DNA of 64,000 nucleotides from an uncultured Candidatus Saccharibacteria bacterium (GCA_964634305.1 CAZWLE010000001.1:78120-142119), one strand, 5' to 3'; positions 27,471-38,057 are shown, numbered from the stretch's first letter. Numbers and translations: made by a program. The notes: generated by a model not told the origin, from the letters alone.

Positions 27471-29516
27471 ATGGCACCGAAGCGCCTCGTGGCCTTCCTC
27501 TTTCTCGTTGCGTTCTGCGCGGAACCTATCACTGTCCTTGCACAGGAAGCAGTAGATTCAGTCACCACAGAACCAGCTATAGAGGAAGAGACGCCGTATG
27601 CCCCTGAGCTTCCGAGCGAGATACTCGCTACCTCAACCGAAGCGATTGCTGTAGAGGAGTCAGTAGTTGTTGAAACTGTCACGGTCGAAGAACCAGTAAC
27701 TGAGGTTCCGGTTATTGAAGGAGAGTACATTCCTGGTGAAGTGGTTGTGCAGTACGAAGACGACGTAACACCAACGGTCATTCAAACTGACGAGGGTGTT
27801 GCTGAAACAATTGCTGAGCTCTCGACCGACCCCACGATTGCGTTTGTAGAACCAAACTACGTCCGTTCTATGGATGTGCTTAGCTCAACCACGGACCCTC
27901 TCGCAGAACTCCTATGGGGACTTGAGATTACTCGCGCATCAGATGTATGGTCACGCACCACTGGCGAGGAGGTCATCATTGCGATTATTGATACGGGCGT
28001 TGACTACACGCATCCCGACCTTGCTGCCAATATGTGGAGCGATGCGAACTGTGTCGACGAGACAGGCGCAGCAATTGTGGGTGGCTGCACCAATGGATGG
28101 GACTTCGTGGATAACGATAACAACCCGATGCCCGTAAATACCGGAGGGAGCTGGTACCACGGCACTCATGTGGCTGGTACTGCTGGTGCGGTATACAACA
28201 ACGATATAGGTGTTATCGGTATGGCACCAAATGTCAAAATCATGGCGCTTCGCTTTGGTCTTGATACGGCTTCTGAAGCGAGAGCGATTGATTTTGCTCG
28301 CCGCAACGGCGCGAAGATTATCAATGCAAGCTTTAGTGGAAGTGGCACCTCAAACATTGAGCGCGAAGCTATTGAGCGCTTTGAAGCAGCGGGTGGTCTG
28401 TTTGTTGCTGCTGCAGCGAACAAATCAAACGATGCAGATGTAATTCCTGCATATCCGGCGGCATACAATCTGCCAAGCGTCATAAGTGTCGCGGCAAGCA
28501 CCGATACCGATGCCTTGGCCTCGTTTTCTAATTACGGAGCAACCTCGGTCGACCTCGCCGCTCCAGGCGTCGATATCGTAAGCACTTTTCCACTGGCGGC
28601 AGCTGAGGATTACGGCATTCTCGATGGCACCTCCATGGCAACGCCGCACGTTGCCGGTGCTGCTGCACTTCTCTGGGCGTTTAAGCCAGCACTCTCAGCA
28701 AGTGCTGTTAAGTCACTCATCCTTGATTCAGGTGACGCAGTACCAAGCCTTTCTGGAAAGACCGTATCAGGGAAGCGTCTCAACGTATTTACCGCTATCA
28801 CGAACGCCGATGAACAGCCTGTCATTACGATTACCGGTGATAACCCAACGTCACTTACGGTAGGGCAAACCTACACCGAGCTTGGCGCGACCGCATCCGA
28901 CGATGAGGATGGTGACCTCACCTCTCTTATTCAGGTTTCTGGTGCCGTAGACACCAACACGGTAGGAAATTACTCAATTACCTACACTGTTGAAGACTCT
29001 GCGGGACACGAAACGATTGCTACACGCAGCGTTGTGGTGAATGCCGTTATTTCGTCTGGTGGCGGAGGAGGAGGCGGGGGCGGTGGTGGAGGTGGCGGCT
29101 CAAAGAAGAGCAAGACCACTAAAAAGAAAGAGACAAAACAAGACAATAAAGCTGAAGAACCGCTGCCACGTGAGACACAATCGGAAGTGCGAGGTAACTC
29201 TCGTGCACCGCTTTTCTTCGTAAACCTTACCGAAGGCTCAACGGGTACTGAAGCAAAAGAATTGCAAAAGGCACTTACTAAACTCGGCTTCTACACCGGC
29301 CCTATCACTGGCTTTATGGGTCCCATGACTAAGGACGCGCTGATGCGTTATCAAACGGCACGCGGTATTCCTGCAACAGGTATAAACGATGCGGCAACGC
29401 GCGAGAAGCTCAACGCAGAGTACGAGCAGAGCGAAGCAGACCGTATGAGTTACTTACTCTCCCTTCTTTCAGAACTGCAGGCACTTCTCGCGGCAATGCG
29501 GGCACAGAGTATATAA
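27471..29516 (+). CDS. Secreted S8 subtilase with Ig-like domain and C-terminal peptidoglycan-binding domain
   Basis: Signal peptide; catalytic IDTG, HGTHVAG, GTSMATPHVAG; ATASDDEDGDLT Ig-like domain; poly-Gly linker; LQKAL..LGFY.GPITG..GP.T..A...YQ. Confidence 0.93.
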   Translation: MAPKRLVAFLFLVAFCAEPITVLAQEAVDSVTTEPAIEEETPYAPELPSEILATSTEAIAVEESVVVETVTVEEPVTEVPVIEGEYIPGEVVVQYEDDVTPTVIQTDEGVAETIAELSTDPTIAFVEPNYVRSMDVLSSTTDPLAELLWGLEITRASDVWSRTTGEEVIIAIIDTGVDYTHPDLAANMWSDANCVDETGAAIVGGCTNGWDFVDNDNNPMPVNTGGSWYHGTHVAGTAGAVYNNDIGVIGMAPNVKIMALRFGLDTASEARAIDFARRNGAKIINASFSGSGTSNIEREAIERFEAAGGLFVAAAANKSNDADVIPAYPAAYNLPSVISVAASTDTDALASFSNYGATSVDLAAPGVDIVSTFPLAAAEDYGILDGTSMATPHVAGAAALLWAFKPALSASAVKSLILDSGDAVPSLSGKTVSGKRLNVFTAITNADEQPVITITGDNPTSLTVGQTYTELGATASDDEDGDLTSLIQVSGAVDTNTVGNYSITYTVEDSAGHETIATRSVVVNAVISSGGGGGGGGGGGGGGSKKSKTTKKKETKQDNKAEEPLPRETQSEVRGNSRAPLFFVNLTEGSTGTEAKELQKALTKLGFYTGPITGFMGPMTKDALMRYQTARGIPATGINDAATREKLNAEYEQSEADRMSYLLSLLSELQALLAAMRAQSI

Positions 29517-29553
29517 AAGCGAACGCCGCGGTTGAACCGCGGCGCCCAGGCTT

Positions 29554-29682
29554 TTAACAGATTGTCGTCTGACAATACTGAGCACTCTGGTCGATTTGCT
29601 TCGGTGTGTAGAGCTGTATCACCAGCCCTGTCACCAAAACTACGACGAAGAGTATCCCAGCAAGCCTCAGATGTTCAACCAT
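29554..29682 (-). CDS. 42-aa single-TM micro-protein ending YCQTTIC
   Basis: 3' part of ORF 29554..29943; purine-rich SD, upstream TTGACT-18-TATACT, hairpin at about 29525-29545. Confidence 0.5.
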   Translation of the reverse strand: MVEHLRLAGILFVVVLVTGLVIQLYTPKQIDQSAQYCQTTIC

Positions 29683-29805
29683 GATTCGCCCCTGTGCTTT
29701 GCCGCCAGCCTGCGGCAGGTATATACAGTATAATACACAAAAAGGTATAAAGTCAAGTTCTGGGGACAACGGCACCATACACAAGCATCTGCTATGCTTA
29801 CGCGC

Positions 29806-30747
29806 ATGACGGCAAAGAAAACGATGCTCACAGGCCTCCAGCCCTCGGGCGACCTCCATATTGGCAACTATTTCGGTGCACTCGCGCCGTACAAAGCAGA
29901 GTACGAGAACTACGAGAGTTGGCTCATGGTAGCTGACTACCATTCACTCACATCACTTCGCGACGCAGCGGGTCTTCGTACCAACACCCTTAACGTCGTT
30001 CGTGATTATCTTGCCGCAGGATTTGACCCTGAGAAGATAACTATCTTTAAGCAATCAGACGTTCCTGCACACACGGAACTCGCATGGATTTTCGATTGTC
30101 TCGTGACCGTGCCGTTCCTTGAGCTTGGACACGCGTATAAAGACAAGGTAGCGAAGGGTCTTGAAGCAAACGCCGGTCTCTTTACGTACCCTATGCTTAT
30201 GGCCGCTGACATTCTCCTCTATGACACCGATGTGGTTCCGGTAGGTGAGGACCAGCGTCAGCATCTTGAATACGCACGCGAAGCCGCTGCGAAGTTTAAT
30301 AATGCGTACGGCGAAACATTCAAAGAGCCCAAAGAACTCATCCTTAAAGCAGTAGGAGTGGTTCCGGGTACGGATGGCAAGAAGATGAGTAAGAGCTATG
30401 GCAACACCGTGCCGCTCTTTGGCACCCGCGATGAGCTCTCCAAAGCAGTCATGAGCATCGTTACCGACTCCTCAGGTGAGCGTCCTGAGAATGTGTATGC
30501 AATTCACGCGCTCGTTAAAAACGAAGCTGAGCTTGCTGCGCTCTACGAGGAGAAGAAGGGGAAGTACAAGGACCTCAAGGAAGCCCTTATCGAAGACCTC
30601 GATGCGTACCTTGCCCCAATGCGTGAGAAGCGTGATGCACTTTCGGATGATGACGTACGGAAGGTATTGGCTGGCGGCGCAGAGAAGGCGCGGGCAAAGA
30701 GTGAAGCAAAAATGGAAGCCGTGCGAAAGGCAGTCGGGGTTCGGTAG
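29806..30747 (+). CDS. trpS: Tryptophan--tRNA ligase
   Basis: GLQPSGDLHIGN, YPMLMAADIL, VGEDQRQH, KMSKS. Confidence 0.98.
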   Translation: MTAKKTMLTGLQPSGDLHIGNYFGALAPYKAEYENYESWLMVADYHSLTSLRDAAGLRTNTLNVVRDYLAAGFDPEKITIFKQSDVPAHTELAWIFDCLVTVPFLELGHAYKDKVAKGLEANAGLFTYPMLMAADILLYDTDVVPVGEDQRQHLEYAREAAAKFNNAYGETFKEPKELILKAVGVVPGTDGKKMSKSYGNTVPLFGTRDELSKAVMSIVTDSSGERPENVYAIHALVKNEAELAALYEEKKGKYKDLKEALIEDLDAYLAPMREKRDALSDDDVRKVLAGGAEKARAKSEAKMEAVRKAVGVR

Positions 30748-30798
30748 ACAATCCTACGTGCGGTGCTAGCATCGTCTTGCACCATAGGGAGAAACGAT

Positions 30799-31020
30799 AT
30801 GGTACTCGTCATCGTTGGGTTTTTAGCCCTCGCGGCAAGTGGCGTCTTGTGTGGTATGGCTGCCCATCACCACGCGAATGCACAGCTTGCTGATGTCTTC
30901 CGACATGACAATCTCATGACGGAAGATGAACACAATCGCAACATCTGCCTGGCGCTTTGTGTTGTGTTCGTTCTCGTTGCGGTCGGGTGTTTCTATGGGG
31001 CATACGCCTTGAACACCTAA
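30799..31020 (+). CDS. Small 2-TM protein with His-rich loop
   Basis: AGGGAG SD, two TM segments, hairpin downstream. Confidence 0.6.
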   Translation: MVLVIVGFLALAASGVLCGMAAHHHANAQLADVFRHDNLMTEDEHNRNICLALCVVFVLVAVGCFYGAYALNT

Positions 31021-31086
31021 GCCCCGAAATACACACAAAGTAACGCCCGCGCAAGAACTGCGCGGGCGTGGTATTTTAGGGCCTAT

Positions 31087-32409
31087 ATGGCACGGGTACT
31101 TATAGGCGAGCTCAGCTCGCATGCGGGCGAAGATGTCTCTATCTCGGGATGGGTCGAGGTTCGTCGCGACCAGGGCAAAATGGTCTTCTTTGATTTCCGC
31201 GACCGCTCAGGCGTCGTGCAGGGTGTTGTGCTTCCAGGGAGTGCAGCAATGGATACCGCCAAGGAGTGCCGCCAGGAGTATGTCGTGCGTGTAGACGGTA
31301 CCGTTAATAAGCGTCCTGAGAAGAACGTTGTTGCTGGCAAGGTAAACGGCGATATTGAGCTCGAAGTAAAAGGCATTGAAATACTTTCCGCGGCACAAGA
31401 GCTTCCGTTTGAAAAAGATACCGACCTTAACATCGACACTCGGTTTGATTTCCGTCCGTACACTATTCGCTCAGAACGCGACCGTGATGTCTTCTCAGTA
31501 CAAGCAACCATCCTTGAGGAGTACCGCGCATCCCTTGCTCGTCAGGGCTTCACGGAATTTACCGCTCCCGCATTGGTAGGCGGCGACGCAGAGGGTGGTG
31601 CAGCTGTTTTCAAGGTTGAGTACTACAACGACAAGACGGCGTACCTTGCCACCTCACCGCAGCTCTATAAGCAGATTATGGTGGGAGCGTTTGAACGCGT
31701 ATTCACGATTGCAAAGATTTTCCGCGCCGAGAAGAGCGCTACAACCCGTCACCTCTCAGAGCTCACCCAGATGGACTTTGAAATGGGCTTTATTGAAGAC
31801 GAGCGCGACGTCATGGCTGTGCTTGAAACGACGATTCGCGACACAGTGAATGCTGTTGTTGCAAAGCATCCTGACGTCTTTGCACGTCTTGGCGCAGACG
31901 TACCGCTCCTTGGTGAGCGCTTCCCTGTACTTACTCTCGAAGAGGCACATAAAACCCTTGGTGTTGCTCCTGAAGACGACATGACTCCAGAGCATGAGCG
32001 CGCTATCTGCGAATGGGCCGCAAAGGAACACGGTTGTGACTTTGTGTTCATTACTCGCTTCCCAACAGACGCACGTGCCTTCTACACCATGAGCGCAGAA
32101 GGACCGCTCTCCAAAGGCTTTGATCTTCTCTTCCGAGGTCTTGAGATAAACTCCGGCGCACAACGTATTCACAATTACGACGACATGGTCGCTCGTATTG
32201 CCGAACGCGGTATGGACCCTAAGAAGTTCGCGTTTTACCTTCAAGCCTTTAAGTACGGTATGCCACCACACGGTGGCTGCTCAACCGGTCTTGAGCGGTT
32301 CACGATGAAGATGCTTGGTCTTGGCAACGTTAAGGAAGCATCGGCATTCCCTCGTGATATGAACCGTATCGATATCCTACTTTCGGAGACTGATAAGCCA
32401 GTCGATTAA
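31087..32409 (+). CDS. aspS: Aspartate--tRNA ligase, short archaeal-type (probably non-discriminating)
   Basis: OB fold, EGGAAVF, YLATSPQLYKQ, FRAE, GMPPHGG..GLER; no GAD insertion. Confidence 0.93.
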   Translation: MARVLIGELSSHAGEDVSISGWVEVRRDQGKMVFFDFRDRSGVVQGVVLPGSAAMDTAKECRQEYVVRVDGTVNKRPEKNVVAGKVNGDIELEVKGIEILSAAQELPFEKDTDLNIDTRFDFRPYTIRSERDRDVFSVQATILEEYRASLARQGFTEFTAPALVGGDAEGGAAVFKVEYYNDKTAYLATSPQLYKQIMVGAFERVFTIAKIFRAEKSATTRHLSELTQMDFEMGFIEDERDVMAVLETTIRDTVNAVVAKHPDVFARLGADVPLLGERFPVLTLEEAHKTLGVAPEDDMTPEHERAICEWAAKEHGCDFVFITRFPTDARAFYTMSAEGPLSKGFDLLFRGLEINSGAQRIHNYDDMVARIAERGMDPKKFAFYLQAFKYGMPPHGGCSTGLERFTMKMLGLGNVKEASAFPRDMNRIDILLSETDKPVD

Positions 32410-32419
32410 CCTCATTCCT

Positions 32420-33382
32420 ATGCCTACTCTCAAAGAGCTCTACGCCATCGCGGTTGATGCTGGTATTGATGCTGACCCTCGTGGTCGTGAAGGGGTCGAG
32501 AAGGTACTCGCACGTCGCAAGAAGGAATACGACGGTCTCTCAGCAGCAAAACAGGCAGAGTACGACCCTGAAGACCTTTGGGACCCCTACATCGATTCCG
32601 GTATTCTCACAGGCAACCCAGATAAGGAAGTAAAGAAGGTCATGGCGGGTATCGACCTTGATACCGGCGAAGTGGCCGTTGCTGGTATTTTGAACGACCG
32701 CGGTGCAGGCATCGATGCGCTCGTCGCTCACCACCCACACGCTACCGGCTACGCTGCACTCCACGAAGTTATGGAGATGCAGGCAGAGAACATGGCGCGC
32801 TATGGCGTACCTATCAACATCGCTGAAGGTCTGATGCGTGACCGTATCGATGAAGTCGCACGTAAAATTTCTCCTCGCAATCACACTCAGGCAGTAGACG
32901 CAGCAAAGCTCCTCGACATTTCCTTCATGGCAACGCACACCATGGCAGACAACATGGTCTTCGCATTCCTTGAGGAATTGTTTGCAAAGCGTGGAGCAGA
33001 CACAGTAGGTGATGTGCTGTCCATCTTGAAGGAGATTCCTGAGTATCAGGTAGCAATGAAGACGAAGGCAGGACCAACGCTTTTCTCAGGTAGTGAGCGT
33101 AATCGCACTGGCAAGATCGCGCCGCTTGAAATCACCGGCGGTACCGAGGGTCCGCATCTTTCCTACGAAAAACTCGCACATGCCGGCGTCGGTACCATCA
33201 TCAGCATGCATGCCTCCGAGGAGCATCGTAAAGAAGCACAAAAGCATCACATCAATCTTGTGATTGCAGGCCATATGAGCTCCGACTCCATTGGTATGAA
33301 CCTCATCCTCGACCGCTTTGAGGCGAAGGGTGTTGAAATTGTCCCAACCTCCGGATTTATCCGCGTCAGCAGAAATAAGTAG
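32420..33382 (+). CDS. NIF3-like dinuclear metal-centre protein
   Basis: AGID, AHHP, HTMADN, SMH, AGHMSSDSIG. Confidence 0.85.
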   Translation: MPTLKELYAIAVDAGIDADPRGREGVEKVLARRKKEYDGLSAAKQAEYDPEDLWDPYIDSGILTGNPDKEVKKVMAGIDLDTGEVAVAGILNDRGAGIDALVAHHPHATGYAALHEVMEMQAENMARYGVPINIAEGLMRDRIDEVARKISPRNHTQAVDAAKLLDISFMATHTMADNMVFAFLEELFAKRGADTVGDVLSILKEIPEYQVAMKTKAGPTLFSGSERNRTGKIAPLEITGGTEGPHLSYEKLAHAGVGTIISMHASEEHRKEAQKHHINLVIAGHMSSDSIGMNLILDRFEAKGVEIVPTSGFIRVSRNK

Positions 33383-33396
33383 GGTAGGATAAAGGC

Positions 33397-34137
33397 GTGG
33401 ACGAGAACACGGTCAGCGCTTCTTCATATCAAATACGCACCCCTGCATTTGAGGGTCCATTCGCGCTTGTCCTTGAACTTATCGAAAAACGTAAGCTGCT
33501 CGTTAACGACCTCTCGCTTTCAGAGATTACCGACGATTTCATACAGCATGTTCGCTCCAAGGCAGAGTTTCCGGTTGAGGACGCGGCAGATTTCATTCAA
33601 GTAGCCGCAACACTCCTTCTCATAAAATCGAAGTCCCTTATTCCCGACCTCGAGCTTTCAGGAGAGGAAGAAGAGGACGTCGAAGACCTTAAGCGTCGTC
33701 TTGCCATGTACGAAAAGACGCGCGACGCTGCACGCCTCTTGGGACGTATCTTTGGCCGTGACCTCATGGTGTCAGCAGGGGAGCAGACACCAGAGCCTGC
33801 CTTTGGTCCGGGCAAAGATATGACCCGTGAGCAGCTTGCAAAGGCACTTCATGACGCACTTGCTGCACTGGAGAAGGAAGAAAAGCTTCCCGAAGCACGC
33901 GTTCGTCCAATGGTCACCATAGAAGAAATGATGGATAGACTTCTTGGCCGGGTGCAGAAGGCACTCAATATGTCCTTCAAAGAGTTTGCAGGTGACACCA
34001 AAGAGAAAGTGGAGGTTATCGTCTCATTCCTTGCACTGCTTGAGCTCGTGAAGCAGGGTGCTGTTGATGTACTCCAGCATGAGAGTTTTGCGGATATCCG
34101 TATTACCAATACGTCTGCCGGCGTACCACGCTATTAG
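33397..34137 (+). CDS. scpA: Segregation/condensation protein A
   Basis: FEGP..LVLELI, LLIKSKSLIP, FLALLELVKQ. Confidence 0.95.
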   Translation: MDENTVSASSYQIRTPAFEGPFALVLELIEKRKLLVNDLSLSEITDDFIQHVRSKAEFPVEDAADFIQVAATLLLIKSKSLIPDLELSGEEEEDVEDLKRRLAMYEKTRDAARLLGRIFGRDLMVSAGEQTPEPAFGPGKDMTREQLAKALHDALAALEKEEKLPEARVRPMVTIEEMMDRLLGRVQKALNMSFKEFAGDTKEKVEVIVSFLALLELVKQGAVDVLQHESFADIRITNTSAGVPRY

Positions 34138-34193
34138 TCATCCCCAGTCGTCAAGGTTGGCCGCTCTGTACAAAAGCGGTATTGTGTAGCCAT

Positions 34194-34745
34194 ATGGCGC
34201 TTACTCCTCCGGCGTTGCTTGAAGCATTGCTTTTTGCGTCCGGCGAAGCCGTTTCGAAGAAAAAACTCGCAACCCTCCTTGGCGTGAAGGCGGACCTATT
34301 GGCGCAAGCAACAGATGCGCTTCGCACCTCACTTACCGGTCGTGGTCTCGCACTCATTGAGACTGACAATGACCTAGAACTTCGTACCGCTGCAGACGCG
34401 TCAGATTTTGTCATGAAGCTTCGCGAAGCCGAGCTATCCCGCGACCTTGGAAAGGCAGGTCTTGAAGTACTGGCGATTATTCTCTACCGAGGTAGCGCAA
34501 CCCGTGGAGAGGTGGACTGGGTCCGCGGTGTTAACTCGGCACAGACGATGCGGTCACTGTTGATGCGTGGACTTGTCGAGAAGACTGAGAACCAGGAAGA
34601 CGCTCGTCGCCCTCATTACAAAGCGACGGTTGATGCCCTCGCTCATCTTGGGGTAGAGAAGCGTGAACAGCTCCCAGAGTATGCCGAACTCTCAGCAGCA
34701 CTCACAAACAAAGAGACGGCAGTGGCCGAAGGAATGGACGTATGA
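34194..34745 (+). CDS. scpB: Segregation/condensation protein B
   Basis: LEALLFASGE, LEVLAIILY, VRGVNS. Confidence 0.95.
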   Translation: MALTPPALLEALLFASGEAVSKKKLATLLGVKADLLAQATDALRTSLTGRGLALIETDNDLELRTAADASDFVMKLREAELSRDLGKAGLEVLAIILYRGSATRGEVDWVRGVNSAQTMRSLLMRGLVEKTENQEDARRPHYKATVDALAHLGVEKREQLPEYAELSAALTNKETAVAEGMDV

Positions 34746-35716
34746 GCGACACGACAAACCTAAAATCCCTCGTTGAGGAAATAGAGAACCGCCGCAAGCG
34801 CCGTGAGGCGCGACAAATGGCGCTCGCATTTCTTGCAGGTGTCGGCCTCCTTGGAGGTGGAGGGGTACTTGCGATGCATACGCTGAGTCAAAAGACAGCG
34901 CCGGTAGCATCGGTTCCAGAAACACCACGCCCAAGTGCCTTCGATGGTATCGAGCTGTCTGCTCGCGCGGCTATCGTCTATGACCTCACGACCGGTGACA
35001 TCCTGTACGAAAAGAATGCAGAGGCACAGCTTCCACTCGCATCCCTTACAAAGCTTCTTACCCTTTACGCAGCGACCGAGAGTCTTTCTGCAAAATCTCC
35101 TGTCGTTATTACTGCCAAAGCACTCGCTACCGAAGGAGAAAGTGGATTTGTTGAGGGTGATACGTTCTCTTTTGAAGATGCAGCAAAGCTTGCGGTCGTT
35201 GCCAGTAGTAACGACGCAGCAGAAGCGATAACCGAAGCCGCTACCGCCGCAGGACAGGCTTCCAACGGAACGGCACTCCTTGCCTCAGCCGCCTCAGCAA
35301 TAGGACTGACGCAGACCTACGCTCTGAACGGTACTGGTCTGGATGAGAATGGAGAAATTTCTGGTGGATACGGCTCTGCGCACGATATTGCGCTTCTTGC
35401 CGGTGCATTGCTTCGCCGTGTACCTGGCATCATGCGCGCGACGATAGACCCCACCGTAACCGCTACCTCATACACAGGCACATCCTATACGCTTAAAAAC
35501 ACCAATACGGATATTCATCACACACCGGGTCTCATGCTCTCGAAAACGGGGTACACCGACCTTGCAGGCGGGAATCTTGCCATTGTGTTTGATGCCGGTA
35601 TGGGTCACCCGGTCGCTATCGTCGTACTTGGCTCTACACGTGATGAGCGTTTTGTTGATGTGGGACGTCTTGTACGTGCAACCTCTGCCGAATTCGCCGG
35701 CCTTACGCTGCCATGA
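34742..35716 (+). CDS. D-alanyl-D-alanine carboxypeptidase (S11)
   Basis: ASLTK (SxxK), SSND (SxN), KTGYT. Confidence 0.92.
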   Translation: MSDTTNLKSLVEEIENRRKRREARQMALAFLAGVGLLGGGGVLAMHTLSQKTAPVASVPETPRPSAFDGIELSARAAIVYDLTTGDILYEKNAEAQLPLASLTKLLTLYAATESLSAKSPVVITAKALATEGESGFVEGDTFSFEDAAKLAVVASSNDAAEAITEAATAAGQASNGTALLASAASAIGLTQTYALNGTGLDENGEISGGYGSAHDIALLAGALLRRVPGIMRATIDPTVTATSYTGTSYTLKNTNTDIHHTPGLMLSKTGYTDLAGGNLAIVFDAGMGHPVAIVVLGSTRDERFVDVGRLVRATSAEFAGLTLP

Positions 35717-36789
35717 TTGAAAGCATTGCACTCTTCGACGCTGCCCGCGTCCTCGTTCCCTTCATGGCGTCATTTGCGATAGGTATTCTCATGGCGCCGC
35801 TTCTGGCTGACCTTTTGTATGAGAAGAAGGCGTGGAAGAAAAAGGCAGGGAAGGGAACCGGTATGGGAGACAACAACGGTACGCCACTCTTTGATGAACT
35901 CCATGCGGTGCGCGAGACGTCTGCACCACGTATGGGTGGCATTGTTATCTGGGGCTCCGTCGCACTCAACGCTCTCGCGTTTGTCCTTCTTGCTAACGTT
36001 TTTGACGGTAACTTTTCAACCCTACCGTTCATCACGCGCGAACAAACCTGGTTGCCGTTCTTCGCGCTCCTTGCCGGCGCCTTCGTTGGACTTATCGATG
36101 ATTTCCTAGAGGTAACACGCGGTAATGGTGGTCTTCCGCTCCCGTGGCGTCTTTTGGTCGTCACGCTTCTTGCTGGTTTTATTGGTTGGTGGTTCTACGA
36201 CAAGCTCGATATTTCTGCGGTAGGTATTCCGTTTGTAGGTCCTTTTGAGCTCGGGCTTCTGTTCATACCGTTCTTTGTGTTCGTCACCCTTGCTATTTAT
36301 GCTTCCGGCGTTATCGACGGTATTGATGGTCTTGCAGGGGGTATCTTCGCGATTATCTTCATGGCCTACGCAGGTATCGCCTTTGCACAGGAGCAGGTGA
36401 CACTCGCTGCGTTTGCGGCAGCGGTCTCTGGTGCTACCTTTGCCTTCCTTTGGTTTAATGTCCCTCCTGCACGCTTTTATCTTTCAGAGACAGGGAGCAT
36501 GGCGCTTACCTTAGCGCTTGCGGTCACGGCGTTTTCCACGGACGTACTCGGAGAAGGAGTGGGCGTAGCCGTGCTTCCAATAATTGCTCTTCCACTTACC
36601 GCAACAGTACTCACGAGTGTTCTCCAGGTGGTGTGGAAGGTAGTGTTTAAGAAAAAGCTCTTCCGTATTGCCCCTATACACCACCACTTTGAAGCACTCG
36701 GCTGGCCGTCCTACAAAGTCACGATGCGGTATTGGATTATCACCATAATTGCCGGCATCTTTGGTATTGCGATTGCGCTACTGAAGTAG
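35713..36789 (+). CDS. mraY: Phospho-N-acetylmuramoyl-pentapeptide transferase
   Basis: PRMGG, GLIDD, DGIDGL, APIHHHFE. Confidence 0.95.
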   Translation: MIESIALFDAARVLVPFMASFAIGILMAPLLADLLYEKKAWKKKAGKGTGMGDNNGTPLFDELHAVRETSAPRMGGIVIWGSVALNALAFVLLANVFDGNFSTLPFITREQTWLPFFALLAGAFVGLIDDFLEVTRGNGGLPLPWRLLVVTLLAGFIGWWFYDKLDISAVGIPFVGPFELGLLFIPFFVFVTLAIYASGVIDGIDGLAGGIFAIIFMAYAGIAFAQEQVTLAAFAAAVSGATFAFLWFNVPPARFYLSETGSMALTLALAVTAFSTDVLGEGVGVAVLPIIALPLTATVLTSVLQVVWKVVFKKKLFRIAPIHHHFEALGWPSYKVTMRYWIITIIAGIFGIAIALLK

Positions 36790-36856
36790 GGTTTGGTTTT
36801 CTTATACTTATCGATTTCCAGCCAATAATCTTGAATCGGTGCGTTAGAATGGGGAA

Positions 36857-37966
36857 ATGCGCCCGCTGAAAATCTCGGGAGATAGGCTCTTTTTTCTCAT
36901 CGTCGTCATTCTCGTCGTCGGTGGCGTCGCAATGTTTGCGTCGGCATCGCTTGGTCTTCTGGCACGTGCAGACGAATCTCCCCTCCGCCTTGCGTTCACG
37001 CAGCTCATGCTTGGGCTCGTGCCAGGCGTCATAGCGCTTCTTGCGCTCCGTTACATGTCTCCCAAGGCGATAGAGCGTTTTGCGCCTATTGTCTACGGAG
37101 GCGCCATTCTCCTTACGCTTCTCGTGTTTATTCCAGGCATAGGCCTCACGCTCAATGGAGCGACGCGCTGGATAAACCTTGGGTTTACTACTGTCCAGCC
37201 AGGCGAGTTCCTCAAAATAGGGGTCATCCTCATGCTTGCGTGGTGGCTTGCACGCGAACGCAGCAAACTCTCTGATTTCCGCTCTGGCCTTATCCCGTTT
37301 GGCATCATCGTGGGTCTGCCGTGTCTCATCCTCCTTGCGATGCCGAATACGTCGACCGCACTCGTTATTGGCGCGACTGCGCTTGGTATGTATCTGCTCG
37401 CGGGTGCGCCTTGGCGCGACATTCTCCTCATCATTGCTGCCGCTGCGCTCGTGCTTGCGATAGCAGTGTTCTCTCGGCCCTACCTTATGAGTCGCGTGAT
37501 GACGTATTTTGACCCTAGTCAGAACGCCCAAACCTCGAGCTACCAGATTCAACAGTCCCTTATAGCCATAGGGTCAGGCGGCATCATTGGTCGCGGGTTT
37601 GGCCAGAGCGCGCAGAAATTTAACTATCTGCCTGAGGCAGTAGGGGACTCGGTTTTTGCCGTGTACGCAGAGGAATTTGGCTTTATAGGGTCCGTCCTCC
37701 TAGTACTGCTGTTTGCAGGGTTTGCCATGCGTGGATTTGCGATAGCTGCTGACGCGTCTACTGCCTTTGGTGCCTTAGCCGCCACAGGACTAACCATGCT
37801 CATATCTATATCCGCCTTTTTAAACATAGGCGCGATGCTCGGTATCCTGCCGCTTACTGGCTTACCCTTACCGTTTGTGTCGCACGGCGGTACCGCGCTT
37901 CTTGCCGCGCTTGCCTCGGTAGGCATTATTTTGAACGTCGGCGCCCATCGAAAGAAGAAAGCCTAG
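36857..37966 (+). CDS. ftsW: SEDS family peptidoglycan glycosyltransferase FtsW
   Basis: GATRWI, QPGEFLK, YQIQQS, EEFGF, GLPLPFVSHGG. Confidence 0.93.
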   Translation: MRPLKISGDRLFFLIVVILVVGGVAMFASASLGLLARADESPLRLAFTQLMLGLVPGVIALLALRYMSPKAIERFAPIVYGGAILLTLLVFIPGIGLTLNGATRWINLGFTTVQPGEFLKIGVILMLAWWLARERSKLSDFRSGLIPFGIIVGLPCLILLAMPNTSTALVIGATALGMYLLAGAPWRDILLIIAAAALVLAIAVFSRPYLMSRVMTYFDPSQNAQTSSYQIQQSLIAIGSGGIIGRGFGQSAQKFNYLPEAVGDSVFAVYAEEFGFIGSVLLVLLFAGFAMRGFAIAADASTAFGALAATGLTMLISISAFLNIGAMLGILPLTGLPLPFVSHGGTALLAALASVGIILNVGAHRKKKA

Positions 37967-38057
37967 TTAGGTATTCACAATAAACATGTGGCGTTCATGA
38001 AGAGTGGGCAGCGGATGCTACACTTCATGGTATCTATCGGCACATGCTGGCGAACGC

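Noticed and set aside
29058-29099. Phase-variable microsatellite in the poly-Gly tract
   Set aside because: The tract uses mixed Gly codons in frame and is an ordinary linker.
1530-31070. Integron cassette array explaining the micro-genes
   Set aside because: The hairpins are unrelated terminators without attC RYYYAAC/GTTRRRY ends, the genes are dispersed, and there is no integrase.
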